Origin: a virus
Lineage: Duplodnaviria; Caudoviricetes
Strand: one strand, 5' to 3'
Virus record (IMG/VR): IMGVR_UViG_3300012942_001479
Location: 1-43,033 of that record
DNA: 43,033 bases
Numbering within the stretch: position 1 is the first letter of the stretch; every line of letters begins with the position of its first letter. Positions 9,980-17,764 of the stretch are shown piece after piece. The notes beneath the pieces were generated by a model, which did no database searches, was not told the DNA's origin, and worked only from the letters and a program-made list of their open reading frames with translations. A program made the translations under genes and the position numbers.

Positions 9980-11019
9980 TTGGACACCTCCACGAGCTTG
10001 TGGTTGTCGTCCAGGCGGTACGTCGTATCGGGCTTGATGCCGTCTTCACCCACATAGCCGATGACTGTGCGGTAACGCTCGGCCTTTTCATCCCACCACT
10101 GGACACGAATTTCGCCCTTGTTCCCGGCGGTGGCCGTGCCGCGATACCCGGCGGTGGCCGTGCCGTAATTCCCGGCGGTGGCCGTGCCGGATTCCCCGGC
10201 GGTGGCCGTGCCGTAATTCCCGGCGGTGGCCGTGCCGGATTCCCCGGCGGTGGCCGTGCCGCGATACCCGGCGGTGGCCGTGCCGGATTCCCCGGCGGTG
10301 GCCGTGCCGTAATTCCCGGCGGTGGCCGTGCCGCGATACCCGGCGGTGGCCGTGCCGTAATTCCCGGCGGTGGCCGTGCCGTAATTCCCGGCGGTGGCCG
10401 TGCCGCGATACCCGGCGGTGGCCGTGCCGGATTCCCCGGCGGTGGCCGTGCCGTAATTCCCGGCGGTGGCCGTGCCGGATTCCCCGGCGGTGGCCGTGCC
10501 GGATTCCCCGGCGGTGGCCGTGCCGCGATACCCGGCGGTGGCCGTGCCGCGATACCCGGCGGTGGCCGTGCCGCGATACCCGGCGGTGGCCGTGCCGAGT
10601 CCACCAACCAATACGGTTTCCTTGTCACCCACCTTCAGGCACGCGCCAATGACAGCAACCTCATGGGCCAGCGGCTCATGCTCAAGGATGTAGGCCGCCG
10701 CTTCGGACTTGGCGCCGATGAACCGGACGACGGCACGCGGGAATTTGCACTTGCCGCCCAGCATGGTGATGCTGTCGCTGGGCACTTCCAGGACGTACCA
10801 CTTCGCATCCTGGTCTACCCAGTAATCGACGCAGCTATGGTCCCCCTGACCGTACAACCAGCCATGCAGGCCATTGCCGCATTCCTTGTTGCCCTTCCAA
10901 TCGGGCGCGGCGATCTCTTCGCCCACGGCCTGAGGCCAGGCGAAGCCGTTGCGGCTGGTGTGGTCGGCGCGGCAGACGCGCAGCACCAGCGAAGTATTGA
11001 CGGTGGCCTTTTTGCTCAT
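9976..11019 (-). CDS. Octapeptide-repeat protein (BPP-1 Bbp36-like, ice-nucleation-like repeats)
   Basis: N-terminal ECGNGLHGW domain, 20 x GTATAGxx repeats, C-terminal [14 protein letters not shown]. Confidence 0.85.
   Translation of the reverse strand: MSKKATVNTSLVLRVCRADHTSRNGFAWPQAVGEEIAAPDWKGNKECGNGLHGWLYGQGDHSCVDYWVDQDAKWYVLEVPSDSITMLGGKCKFPRAVVRFIGAKSEAAAYILEHEPLAHEVAVIGACLKVGDKETVLVGGLGTATAGYRGTATAGYRGTATAGYRGTATAGESGTATAGESGTATAGNYGTATAGESGTATAGYRGTATAGNYGTATAGNYGTATAGYRGTATAGNYGTATAGESGTATAGYRGTATAGESGTATAGNYGTATAGESGTATAGNYGTATAGYRGTATAGNKGEIRVQWWDEKAERYRTVIGYVGEDGIKPDTTYRLDDNHKLVEVSK
10123..10597. repeat. Tandem 24-bp repeat array: invariant 19 bp CCCGGCGGTGGCCGTGCCG plus one of three 5-bp spacers (CGATA, GATTC, TAATT); 20 copies
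   Basis: Counted directly, period 24. Spacers encode YR x7, ES x6 and NY x6. Confidence 0.97.
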
Positions 11020-11516
11020 GCCGCCACCTCTTCACCTGCCGTCTGCAGATCCGCCAGGAGCGCCGCGTAGTCGTCGGCGGCCACGTCATTCAGGTGCTTG
11101 GCACCGTGCGCGGCCAGGACCTCGATCAGCCGGTCGCGGTTCTGGACGGCCAGGGCCTTGATGGCCCCGGCCACCTGGTCGCGGCTGACATCGCCAGTCG
11201 GCGCAGATTGAGCAGTGGTATCGGTGGCAGCGGATGCATCGGTCTGCGCAGCCGCATCCGGCTGGGCGTTTCCCTTTTCAGCGGCCTGCGAGTCTTTGGG
11301 CGATCGCTTCGTATTGGCGGGCTTGGACGCGGACGCATCGGCCCCCGCCGCCTGCGCAGTAGGCTCGGTATTCGCAGGCTGCGCCGGTTTCGTGGCAGCA
11401 GTATTCTGAGGCTTTTTTTCGGTCGTGCCTTGTGTGGTCAGGGCGCCAGATTGCAGGGCCGCCAGCAGTTCGCGCAGAGCGGTTGTGTTTTCAGTGATGG
11501 CTTGTTCAAGCGACAT
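11016..11516 (-). CDS. Hypothetical phage protein with low-complexity linker
   Basis: MSLEQAITENT N-terminus and GAKHLNDV..DDYA C-terminus, a common phage early-gene pattern; AAGGAG RBS. Confidence 0.8.
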   Translation of the reverse strand: MSLEQAITENTTALRELLAALQSGALTTQGTTEKKPQNTAATKPAQPANTEPTAQAAGADASASKPANTKRSPKDSQAAEKGNAQPDAAAQTDASAATDTTAQSAPTGDVSRDQVAGAIKALAVQNRDRLIEVLAAHGAKHLNDVAADDYAALLADLQTAGEEVAA

Positions 11517-11518
11517 GG

Positions 11519-11941
11519 CTATTCTCCTTGGGTTTCTTCAGTGAGGGTGTGAAGCCGGGTGAAAATGTCCCCGGCGTCGTTGGCAATCTTTCGGAATTTG
11601 TCAGCCAGCTCGAGCATGGTTTTGCACTCGTCAGGCTCGGTGATTCCTGCGTGCTCGAGCAGGCGCACGATGCTGGTGAGGTGTTTCACGCCGATGCTGG
11701 CCTCGAGCAGGACGCCCAGCATTTCGGTGACTTCGCTGACGGTGAAGCCTTCCAGCGCTTCGACCAGGCGGGACAGATCGCTTGCGGTAAGCTCGGACTC
11801 GTTGGCAACCTCGAACAGCTCGGTGTCGGTGTCTTCCAAGCGGCGCAGCAGTTCACGCTCGATTTCGCTGGTGGTGAATTCGTCCAGCTGATTGTTGGCA
11901 TAGCGCAGGAACTCGCTATCGGATAAGGTGCGCAGGTTCAT
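11519..11941 (-). CDS. Hypothetical acidic helical protein
   Basis: Start MNLRTLSDSEF with AAGGGG RBS. Confidence 0.7.
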   Translation of the reverse strand: MNLRTLSDSEFLRYANNQLDEFTTSEIERELLRRLEDTDTELFEVANESELTASDLSRLVEALEGFTVSEVTEMLGVLLEASIGVKHLTSIVRLLEHAGITEPDECKTMLELADKFRKIANDAGDIFTRLHTLTEETQGE

Positions 11942-11951
11942 GCTGATCCCC

Positions 11952-12110
11952 TTAACGAATCGGCCGGATGACGATGGAGCACGGGGCGGCGCAGTCGCTG
12001 AGCTGCAGGCAGGCCACAGCCTGGGCATGCGCCTGGTCGCGGGTGGTGTTGGGCACGACGAACTGGTGAAAGGCCTGGGGCGTGCGCACTTTGACGAGGT
12101 AGGTGGTCAT
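11952..12110 (-). CDS. Small hypothetical protein (52 aa, MTTYLVKVRT...), not in the ORF track
   Basis: GGGAG RBS, ATG at 12110, TAA at 11952; fills the operon gap. Confidence 0.6.
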   Translation of the reverse strand: MTTYLVKVRTPQAFHQFVVPNTTRDQAHAQAVACLQLSDCAAPCSIVIRPIR

Positions 12111-12121
12111 GTCGTCGCTCC

Positions 12122-12850
12122 CTACGCTGCCCAGCCGGGGACGGCGAAGCCGTCATCCAACCTGACACGGCGGGCCATGATGTAGGCCATGAAATCCAGA
12201 TTCACCGGCTTGGTCTTGCTTTTGTCCTTGGTGGTTTCCGTGGCGTAGGTGACACCCACCACAGCTGCGCCGCAGCTTGGACTTGTTGGACTTGCGCTTT
12301 TCTCGTCGCTGTACATCACGGCGAAACTCGGGTCGCGGTCGCCCGTGATGAGTTTCAACGCTTCTACGGCGTCCTTCATCTGGTCAGCGGGCAACGTGCA
12401 GCCCGGATTGCCGATGGCCAGTGTGTTGCTGGCGGGGATGACACGGCGCCAGGGCAACTCACGGCTTTCGCCACTGGTGACGCCTTGCACCGTGACGCCC
12501 GCGTGCTGGATCGACACTTGGTAGGTCGGAATCGCAGATTTGGATTCCAGTTCAACGATCTGCCAGGTGCAAAGGTCTGCCGTCTTCGAATACTTGAGCC
12601 GGTCGATCAGATCAATGGACACCATCACAACGCGGTCGGTCAGCGGGTCCGTTATCGGATCAGCCCACACCGGCTGCACACGATTGACGTGAATGCGGTG
12701 TCCATCGGTGCCGACCAGGTACAAGCCATCCTTTTGAAAATCAAGGGTCAGCGTGTTGATGTAGTGCCGGATGTCCTTGCGCCCTGCTGCGAGCGCAGCA
12801 GCTTTGACATCGGCCATGTGCAATGAGAACGACGTTTGTACGCCTGCCAT
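12122..12850 (-). CDS. DNA polymerase III beta-clamp-like protein (partial DnaN fold)
   Basis: AA..KDIRHYIN...LYLVGTDGHRI and PWRRVIP resemble the DnaN central-domain motifs D.R.YLNG, VATDGHRL and PDYRRVIP. Confidence 0.7.
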   Translation of the reverse strand: MAGVQTSFSLHMADVKAAALAAGRKDIRHYINTLTLDFQKDGLYLVGTDGHRIHVNRVQPVWADPITDPLTDRVVMVSIDLIDRLKYSKTADLCTWQIVELESKSAIPTYQVSIQHAGVTVQGVTSGESRELPWRRVIPASNTLAIGNPGCTLPADQMKDAVEALKLITGDRDPSFAVMYSDEKSASPTSPSCGAAVVGVTYATETTKDKSKTKPVNLDFMAYIMARRVRLDDGFAVPGWAA

Positions 12851-12894
12851 GGTTCGCTCCGAAAGTATGGTTGGTATTGATTACTACGGAGCAA

Positions 12895-12923
12895 ATGGTA
12901 GCTACTAGCTACCTACAAGGCAA
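12895..12923 (-). promoter_or_regulatory. Leftward early promoter (PL-like): TTGCCT-17 bp-TACCAT
   Basis: -35 at 12923-12918 and -10 at 12900-12895; overlapped by an operator palindrome. Confidence 0.75.
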
Positions 12924-12939
12924 GTAGCTAGTAGCTTTT
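12897..12939. promoter_or_regulatory. Two repressor operators: GGTAGCTACTAGCTACC (12897-12913) and AGTAGCTAGTAGCTTTT (12923-12939)
   Basis: 17-bp palindrome that recurs in the cI-cro gap. Confidence 0.8.
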
Positions 12940-12968
12940 TTACAATGTTTTACACGTTTGGAGTGGGC

Positions 12969-12994
12969 AAAAGAAAGCCCGCCAAGTGGCGGGC
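12969..12994 (-). terminator. Intrinsic terminator downstream of the lipoprotein gene
   Basis: GCCCGCCA/TGGCGGGC stem followed by TTTCTTTT on the minus strand. Confidence 0.8.
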
Positions 12995-13016
12995 AGGGTG
13001 CTGTAGACAGGTGTCG

Positions 13017-13418
13017 CTAGTACTGGGTGCAGGTGGTTGAGCTGCCGTTCTGGTCACACCTGGTAGTGGCGCGGTGCACGTCGGTACCAAAGCTGAAGCG
13101 CACCTTCGTGCCATCAGACAGCTTGCCGAAGCCGGTGCCCCCGTTGTAATTGCTCTTGGTGAATACAAAGGTGCCGGTGCGGCCGTCGTCGCATTTCAGA
13201 GTGCCGGTACCGGATACCGTGGACGGCCGGTGCAGAGTGCCCGTACACGAGACGCCTTGTTGGCTCATTATCTGCATCGTGCCATCACCGACGCCTGCAG
13301 TGGCCGACCCCATAAAGTCATCGGTGCTTTGTCCTGCAAAGTTTCCGACAACTGGAACGGTCACTGCGCATCCGGATAACGCAGCACTGAGAATAAGGGC
13401 TGTAATTTTGGATCGCAT
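13017..13418 (-). CDS. Lipoprotein (lysogenic accessory, possible superinfection exclusion)
   Basis: Signal peptide with LSGC lipobox; downstream of cI; lower GC. Confidence 0.8.
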   Translation of the reverse strand: MRSKITALILSAALSGCAVTVPVVGNFAGQSTDDFMGSATAGVGDGTMQIMSQQGVSCTGTLHRPSTVSGTGTLKCDDGRTGTFVFTKSNYNGGTGFGKLSDGTKVRFSFGTDVHRATTRCDQNGSSTTCTQY

Positions 13419-13419
13419 A

Positions 13420-13662
13420 TCAGCTCCGGCTGAGTGCGTCGATTTTCTGTTGTTCTTCGAGCGCCTTGCGTTTGAGAAACAGCCGGATTATCTCCGGTGC
13501 GGGCACCACACGCCACAAGGCAAGCAGGTTCAGCAGGGGTACCACCAGCAATAGCGTCACCAGCACCTGATCCTCGGTACTGTTCGGTGCGCCGTGCTGG
13601 GCCGTGCCGTAGGCCACAAAAACGAGAAGCGCGATATTCGCAATAACGGCAATGTATTTCAT
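13420..13662 (-). CDS. Small membrane protein with two TM segments
   Basis: Two hydrophobic stretches and C-terminal LKRKALEEQQKI; GAGGGAG RBS. Confidence 0.75.
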   Translation of the reverse strand: MKYIAVIANIALLVFVAYGTAQHGAPNSTEDQVLVTLLLVVPLLNLLALWRVVPAPEIIRLFLKRKALEEQQKIDALSRS

Positions 13663-13730
13663 GCTCCCTCTCCTAAGATCACAGTACTGTCTTTTTATTA
13701 TTAACCCAAACGAGTTTTAAGTGTCGTTCT

Positions 13731-14144
13731 CTAGGCAACCTTTCCGCTTTTAACCGGTAGCGCACCTCTGATAAAAAAGGTAACCGCTCGGTTTAATTCT
13801 GCCTTGCTCTCTTCGGACAGGGCCTCATAGTCAGCGTAGGGCACAGTGAACGGCCACGCCGGACTTGCCGTTTCAACTGCTTGTAGCTCGCCGCTTTCGT
13901 CCCACAATTCTGGGTGTTCCTGGTACATCCATGCGGCGGGCCTGTCAAGGATAACCCTTGCTATCCGCTCAGCCAGGTCGTCGCCTAGGCTTCTAGGTTG
14001 CTTGTCCTTCGGGCCTTGAAAGCCCCGCATGACCTGTTCGACATACTTGGCATTGCACCCTACGCGGGCCGCAAGTTCTTTGTGCCCGCCTGCTATTTTC
14101 ACGGCGTAGATGAGGTTCTGTCGGCGCACTTCTCTGGGGTTCAT
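13731..14144 (-). CDS. cI: CI-like repressor (HTH, no S24 peptidase domain)
   Basis: REVRRQNL...ELAARVG HTH, RSLGDDLAERI, C-terminal WPF motif; divergent from cro. Confidence 0.8.
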   Translation of the reverse strand: MNPREVRRQNLIYAVKIAGGHKELAARVGCNAKYVEQVMRGFQGPKDKQPRSLGDDLAERIARVILDRPAAWMYQEHPELWDESGELQAVETASPAWPFTVPYADYEALSEESKAELNRAVTFFIRGALPVKSGKVA

Positions 14145-14160
14145 TTTTGTATCTCCAAAT

Positions 14161-14229
14161 GTTAGCTATCGGCTACCAATTGAAGAGTAATACACCTCCT
14201 TGACTTTTAAGGTAGCTAATAGCTACTAT
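14161..14229 (+). promoter_or_regulatory. OR-like region: operators GTTAGCTATCGGCTACC (14161-14177) and GGTAGCTAATAGCTACT (14211-14227); PR-like TTGACT-18 bp-TACTAT
   Basis: Same palindrome as at 12897; -35 at 14200-14205 and -10 at 14224-14229. Confidence 0.8.
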
Positions 14230-14236
14230 TGCGGCT

Positions 14237-14473
14237 ATGAAACTACACACTTACTTAAGTCAGGAACGGGGGCGGGCCGCCTTGCTCGCTAAAGCGCTAT
14301 CTGTCAAACCGCCGACCATTTCAGAGTGGCAGCGCGGGGTAAAACGGGTGCCCATAGCCCGATGCCTTCCCATCGAACAGGCCACTCAAGGGCTTGTCAC
14401 CCGGGCCGATCTGCGCCCGGATGACTGGCATCTGATTTGGCCGGAATACAAGCACGAGACAGGTGACGCATGA
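14237..14473 (+). CDS. cro: Cro/YdaS-like HTH protein
   Basis: LAKALSV.PPTISEW..G...P..RC..IE.AT.G.VT..DLRPD signature. Confidence 0.9.
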   Translation: MKLHTYLSQERGRAALLAKALSVKPPTISEWQRGVKRVPIARCLPIEQATQGLVTRADLRPDDWHLIWPEYKHETGDA

Positions 14474-16716
14474 GTTACGGCGCAGCCCACGATGACTGGG
14501 TGCACCTCGATTGCGTGCTGGGGCTCGCCTCCGACTTGCTGCCTGTGGTGTCAAACCCCGACGCGGTGGTATCCCCGCAGTCGAAAATGAAGGCTCTGGG
14601 CAAGACGCCCAGCCGCTACAACGGATCGCGCCAGGTGGCGGGCATCCCCGCCTGGTCAGAACATCAAGCTACCCCCCGGGAGCTCGAGCGCTGGGCCAAG
14701 GAACCGGACTACGGCATTTGTGTGCAGACGCGCCTGGTGCGGGCCTTGGATATCGACGTGCCCGATCCTGCGCAGGCGCAGGCCATCGTCGCCTTCGTGC
14801 ACGACTGGCTGGCGGCGCAGGCCCTGGTGAGCGATGACGGCCTGGACGCGCCGCTGCCTTGCCGGTACCGGGAAAACTCAGGCAAGTGCCTGCTGGCCCT
14901 GCAGGTGGCAGGCACCATGGCCAAGGGCAAGATCATCGTGGCCGGTGGTATGGTGGAATTCCTGGCCAACGGCCAGCAGTTCATTGCCTGCGGTACCCAC
15001 CCTTCGGGCGCCCGCTACCAGTGGCGCACGGGCGACGTGGCGGGCCTGCCCGGTCAGATACCGGAAATCTCAGAAGCCACGTTCACGGCGCTGTGGGCGG
15101 CGCTGGCTGCACGCTTTGCCATTGAACCGACTGATGGCGTGCCAGGCACCATCAACCCGCGCAAGCGCGGGGATAACGTCGCCTTGCCCGATCCCGTAGC
15201 TGACTTCCTGCTCGAGCAGGGCCAGGTACTCGGTGAGGATCGAGACGGCGCTCTGCTCATTACATGCCCATGGGAAGCGGATCACACCCAGGGCGAAGTC
15301 GGGGATGGGTCTACCGTCTGGTTTCAGGCAGGGACAAACGGGTACGATCGGGGCCATTTTCGCTGCCTGCATGGGCACTGCGAGAACCGCAACGACGGCG
15401 AGTTCTTCGAAGCCGTGGGGTACACGCCGGATGCAACGGGGGATTTCGCTGTCGTGGAGTCAGGCGGTGACGGCCACCCTGAGCGCCCAGTCGATTCCCT
15501 GGCCGACCTAGGCCTGCGGCGCAAGATTGGCAAAGGGCAATGGGCGGGCTGGTTTCTCGCCACGGCTGAGAACGTCGTCGCGGCCCTGCGCCTGGCGCAT
15601 GTCTCGGGTTTCGAGGTGCGCTTCGACGTGTTCCGCGACGAAATCCTGCGGCGCACGCCTGAAGGCGAGTGGCAACCGTTCAAGGATGCCGACTATACCC
15701 GGCTGAAGCTGGCCCTCGAGAGCGCCCACATTGAACCCATCCCGTTCGAGCTGCTGCGGGCGTGCGTGCGTCTGGTGGCCGACGAGCAGACCTTCGACAG
15801 CGCTCTGGAAGTGCTGGCAGGCCTGCAGTGGGACGGAGTGCCGCGCATCGAGGCCTTCTACTCCCACTATCTCAAGGCTGATGACACACCCTACACACGA
15901 GCTTGCGGCCTGTACACATGGACGGCGATGGCGGGCCGTGTGCTCAACCCCGGGTGCAAGGCCGACATGGTGCCGATCCTGGTGGGCCTGCAGGGCCTGC
16001 GCAAGAGTAGCGCGGTCGAGGCCATGGCCCTGAGTCCTGAGTGGCATGGCGCCCTGTCGCTCTCGGGCAAGGATGCAGACCTGTCGCGGCAGATGCGCGG
16101 CAAGACGGTCATCGAACTGCCTGAGCTGCGCGGCCTGCGCACCAGGGAGCTTGAGAGCATCAAGGCGTTCATCACCGAGGGCAGCAATGCCTGGGTGGCG
16201 AAATATCAGGAGTTCGAAACCAAGTACCCACGTCGGTGTCTGTTTGTGGGCACCACTAATGAAGAAGAGTTTTTGGACGACGACACAGGCAATCGACGGT
16301 GGTTGCCGCTGACGGTCGGGCTGGCCGACACCGATGCGATCCGGGCCGACTGCGCCCAGTTGTGGGCTGAGGGTGCTGTCCTATTCAAATCGGGCGGTGT
16401 GCAGTACGAGCAGGCCGAAGCGCTGGCTGATGAGGCGCACGCGGCGCACATGGTTTCCGACGAGTGGGAAGACCCAATACGCAAATTTTTGCAGACTCCT
16501 GACGCGCTGACAGATGAAAGGCCCCTTGATCGTGGTTTCGTCACGACCATGCAAATTTTTGCGAATGCGCTTTTTATTGCGCACGACCGCACGGATACGC
16601 GCACGTCGAAACGGCTGGCGCGGGCGATGCGGGCGCTTGGATGGCGAAAAGATGATCGCAGAAAGAACATCGAGGGTCGCGGGTGGTGCCTTGAGACACA
16701 TGAAGGACACAAATGA
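14470..16716 (+). CDS. Primase-polymerase fused to a VapE-type (SF3-like) helicase
   Basis: N-terminal ALDID primase motif, Zn-finger CPW..DH/CLHGHC, Walker A GLQGLRKS, GTTN and GNRRW. Confidence 0.9.
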   Translation: MSYGAAHDDWVHLDCVLGLASDLLPVVSNPDAVVSPQSKMKALGKTPSRYNGSRQVAGIPAWSEHQATPRELERWAKEPDYGICVQTRLVRALDIDVPDPAQAQAIVAFVHDWLAAQALVSDDGLDAPLPCRYRENSGKCLLALQVAGTMAKGKIIVAGGMVEFLANGQQFIACGTHPSGARYQWRTGDVAGLPGQIPEISEATFTALWAALAARFAIEPTDGVPGTINPRKRGDNVALPDPVADFLLEQGQVLGEDRDGALLITCPWEADHTQGEVGDGSTVWFQAGTNGYDRGHFRCLHGHCENRNDGEFFEAVGYTPDATGDFAVVESGGDGHPERPVDSLADLGLRRKIGKGQWAGWFLATAENVVAALRLAHVSGFEVRFDVFRDEILRRTPEGEWQPFKDADYTRLKLALESAHIEPIPFELLRACVRLVADEQTFDSALEVLAGLQWDGVPRIEAFYSHYLKADDTPYTRACGLYTWTAMAGRVLNPGCKADMVPILVGLQGLRKSSAVEAMALSPEWHGALSLSGKDADLSRQMRGKTVIELPELRGLRTRELESIKAFITEGSNAWVAKYQEFETKYPRRCLFVGTTNEEEFLDDDTGNRRWLPLTVGLADTDAIRADCAQLWAEGAVLFKSGGVQYEQAEALADEAHAAHMVSDEWEDPIRKFLQTPDALTDERPLDRGFVTTMQIFANALFIAHDRTDTRTSKRLARAMRALGWRKDDRRKNIEGRGWCLETHEGHK

Positions 16717-16938
16717 AAACTAAGTGTCCTTTCAAAACGCGCATGAATAAAGGCTTTGGACACATGGGACACATGGGACACATAAAAAAGTGACTATTAC
16801 GCACATCCGTTAGTGTGTGGCTGGCTGGGTATATATAAGAGTTTTTGCTGTCCTAGGTGTCCATGCGTCCCAAACACCGGAACATGCAAAAAATTGCAGA
16901 TAGGAAATGATGGGATGAACACGCAAAAAATTGCAGAT
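16693..16938. repeat. Repeat-rich, AT-rich intergenic region (candidate replication origin)
   Basis: GGACACAT x3 at 9-bp period (16758-16783), inverted GTGTCC copies, and GCAAAAAATTGCAGAT x2 (16886, 16923). Confidence 0.6.
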
Positions 16939-17022
16939 TGGAGAGGGGAAAGCCATGGTCGGGTTGGATTTAAGCGAACGTGCAACAAATTACATCCTTC
17001 CTATGCACGAGGAGCTAAGCGG

Positions 17023-17298
17023 ATGAAAACCAACAGTTCGGGGCGCCGCATCGGGGAAGACCACCCCAGGGCGGTGATGGCCGACCGGGACGTGGCTTTG
17101 CTCATGTCGCTACTGGATGAGCGCGAGTCGCTGCTGGGCCGCCTGCAAGCACGGGGCAGGCCCCAGGCCGAGACGGATGCAGCGCTCACGGCGGCTGGCC
17201 TGTCCTATCGCTGCCTGGCTGAGCGGTTCGAGATCAGCAAGTCGCACGTCTACAAGATCGCCAGCGGCAAACGCCGGTGCCAGACCCCGTGGCCTTGA
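17023..17298 (+). CDS. Small HTH DNA-binding protein (candidate late activator)
   Basis: GAGGAG RBS; GEDHPRA motif and C-terminal HTH LSYRCLAERFEISKSHVYKI. Confidence 0.75.
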   Translation: MKTNSSGRRIGEDHPRAVMADRDVALLMSLLDERESLLGRLQARGRPQAETDAALTAAGLSYRCLAERFEISKSHVYKIASGKRRCQTPWP

Positions 17299-17320
17299 TC
17301 GTGTGCAGCGGGCCGACAAT
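17287..17320 (+). promoter_or_regulatory. Late promoter motif copy 1: CCGTGGCCTTGA-N16-GACAAT
   Basis: Exact 12-mer found five times; this copy lies upstream of terS. Confidence 0.75.
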
Positions 17321-17326
17321 CCAGGC

Positions 17327-17764
17327 ATGTCAGACCCAGATACCCACCGCAAGCCTGTACGCCAAAAGGCCTTCCTTGCTGCACTCGCCTCCTGCGGTGT
17401 AGTCGGCCAGGCGCTGGCTATCGTTGACCTGCACCGCTCAACCGTGTTGCGCTGGCGCAAGGATGATCCCGAATTCGCAGCGGCCTACGACCAGGCGCTG
17501 GAAGACGCCACCGACACGCTGGAATCTGAGGCACGGCGCCGTGCTGTCGAAGGCGTGGACGAACCGGTGTACTACAAGGGTGAACGCGTCGGCGCTGTAC
17601 GCCGGTACAGCGACAAGCTCATGGAAGTGCTGCTCAAGGGCAACCGGCCCGACAAGTTCAAAGATCGGGTGGAGCACTCCGGCACGGTTGAAGTCACGAT
17701 TGCCGAACGCCTGGCGCGTGCTCGTGGGCGCGTCGGCGCTGACCCTTCCGATGGCAACCAGTGA
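17327..17764 (+). CDS. terS: Terminase small subunit
   Basis: QKAFLAALA..G.V..A HTH, WRK.DPEF, LESEA.RRAVEG, YSD.L motifs; upstream of terL. Confidence 0.85.
   Translation: MSDPDTHRKPVRQKAFLAALASCGVVGQALAIVDLHRSTVLRWRKDDPEFAAAYDQALEDATDTLESEARRRAVEGVDEPVYYKGERVGAVRRYSDKLMEVLLKGNRPDKFKDRVEHSGTVEVTIAERLARARGRVGADPSDGNQ

Noticed and set aside
10123-10597. CRISPR array, given the repeats and nearby Cas4-like gene
   Set aside because: Spacers are only 5 bp, recur, and keep a coding frame. DUF2800 is a standard phage exonuclease and no cas operon is present.
9873-11070. Alternative-frame repeat proteins (PPPG.AR and PGGGRA)
   Set aside because: By-products of the 24-bp array. Only the GTATAG frame has a start context and recognisable flanking domains.
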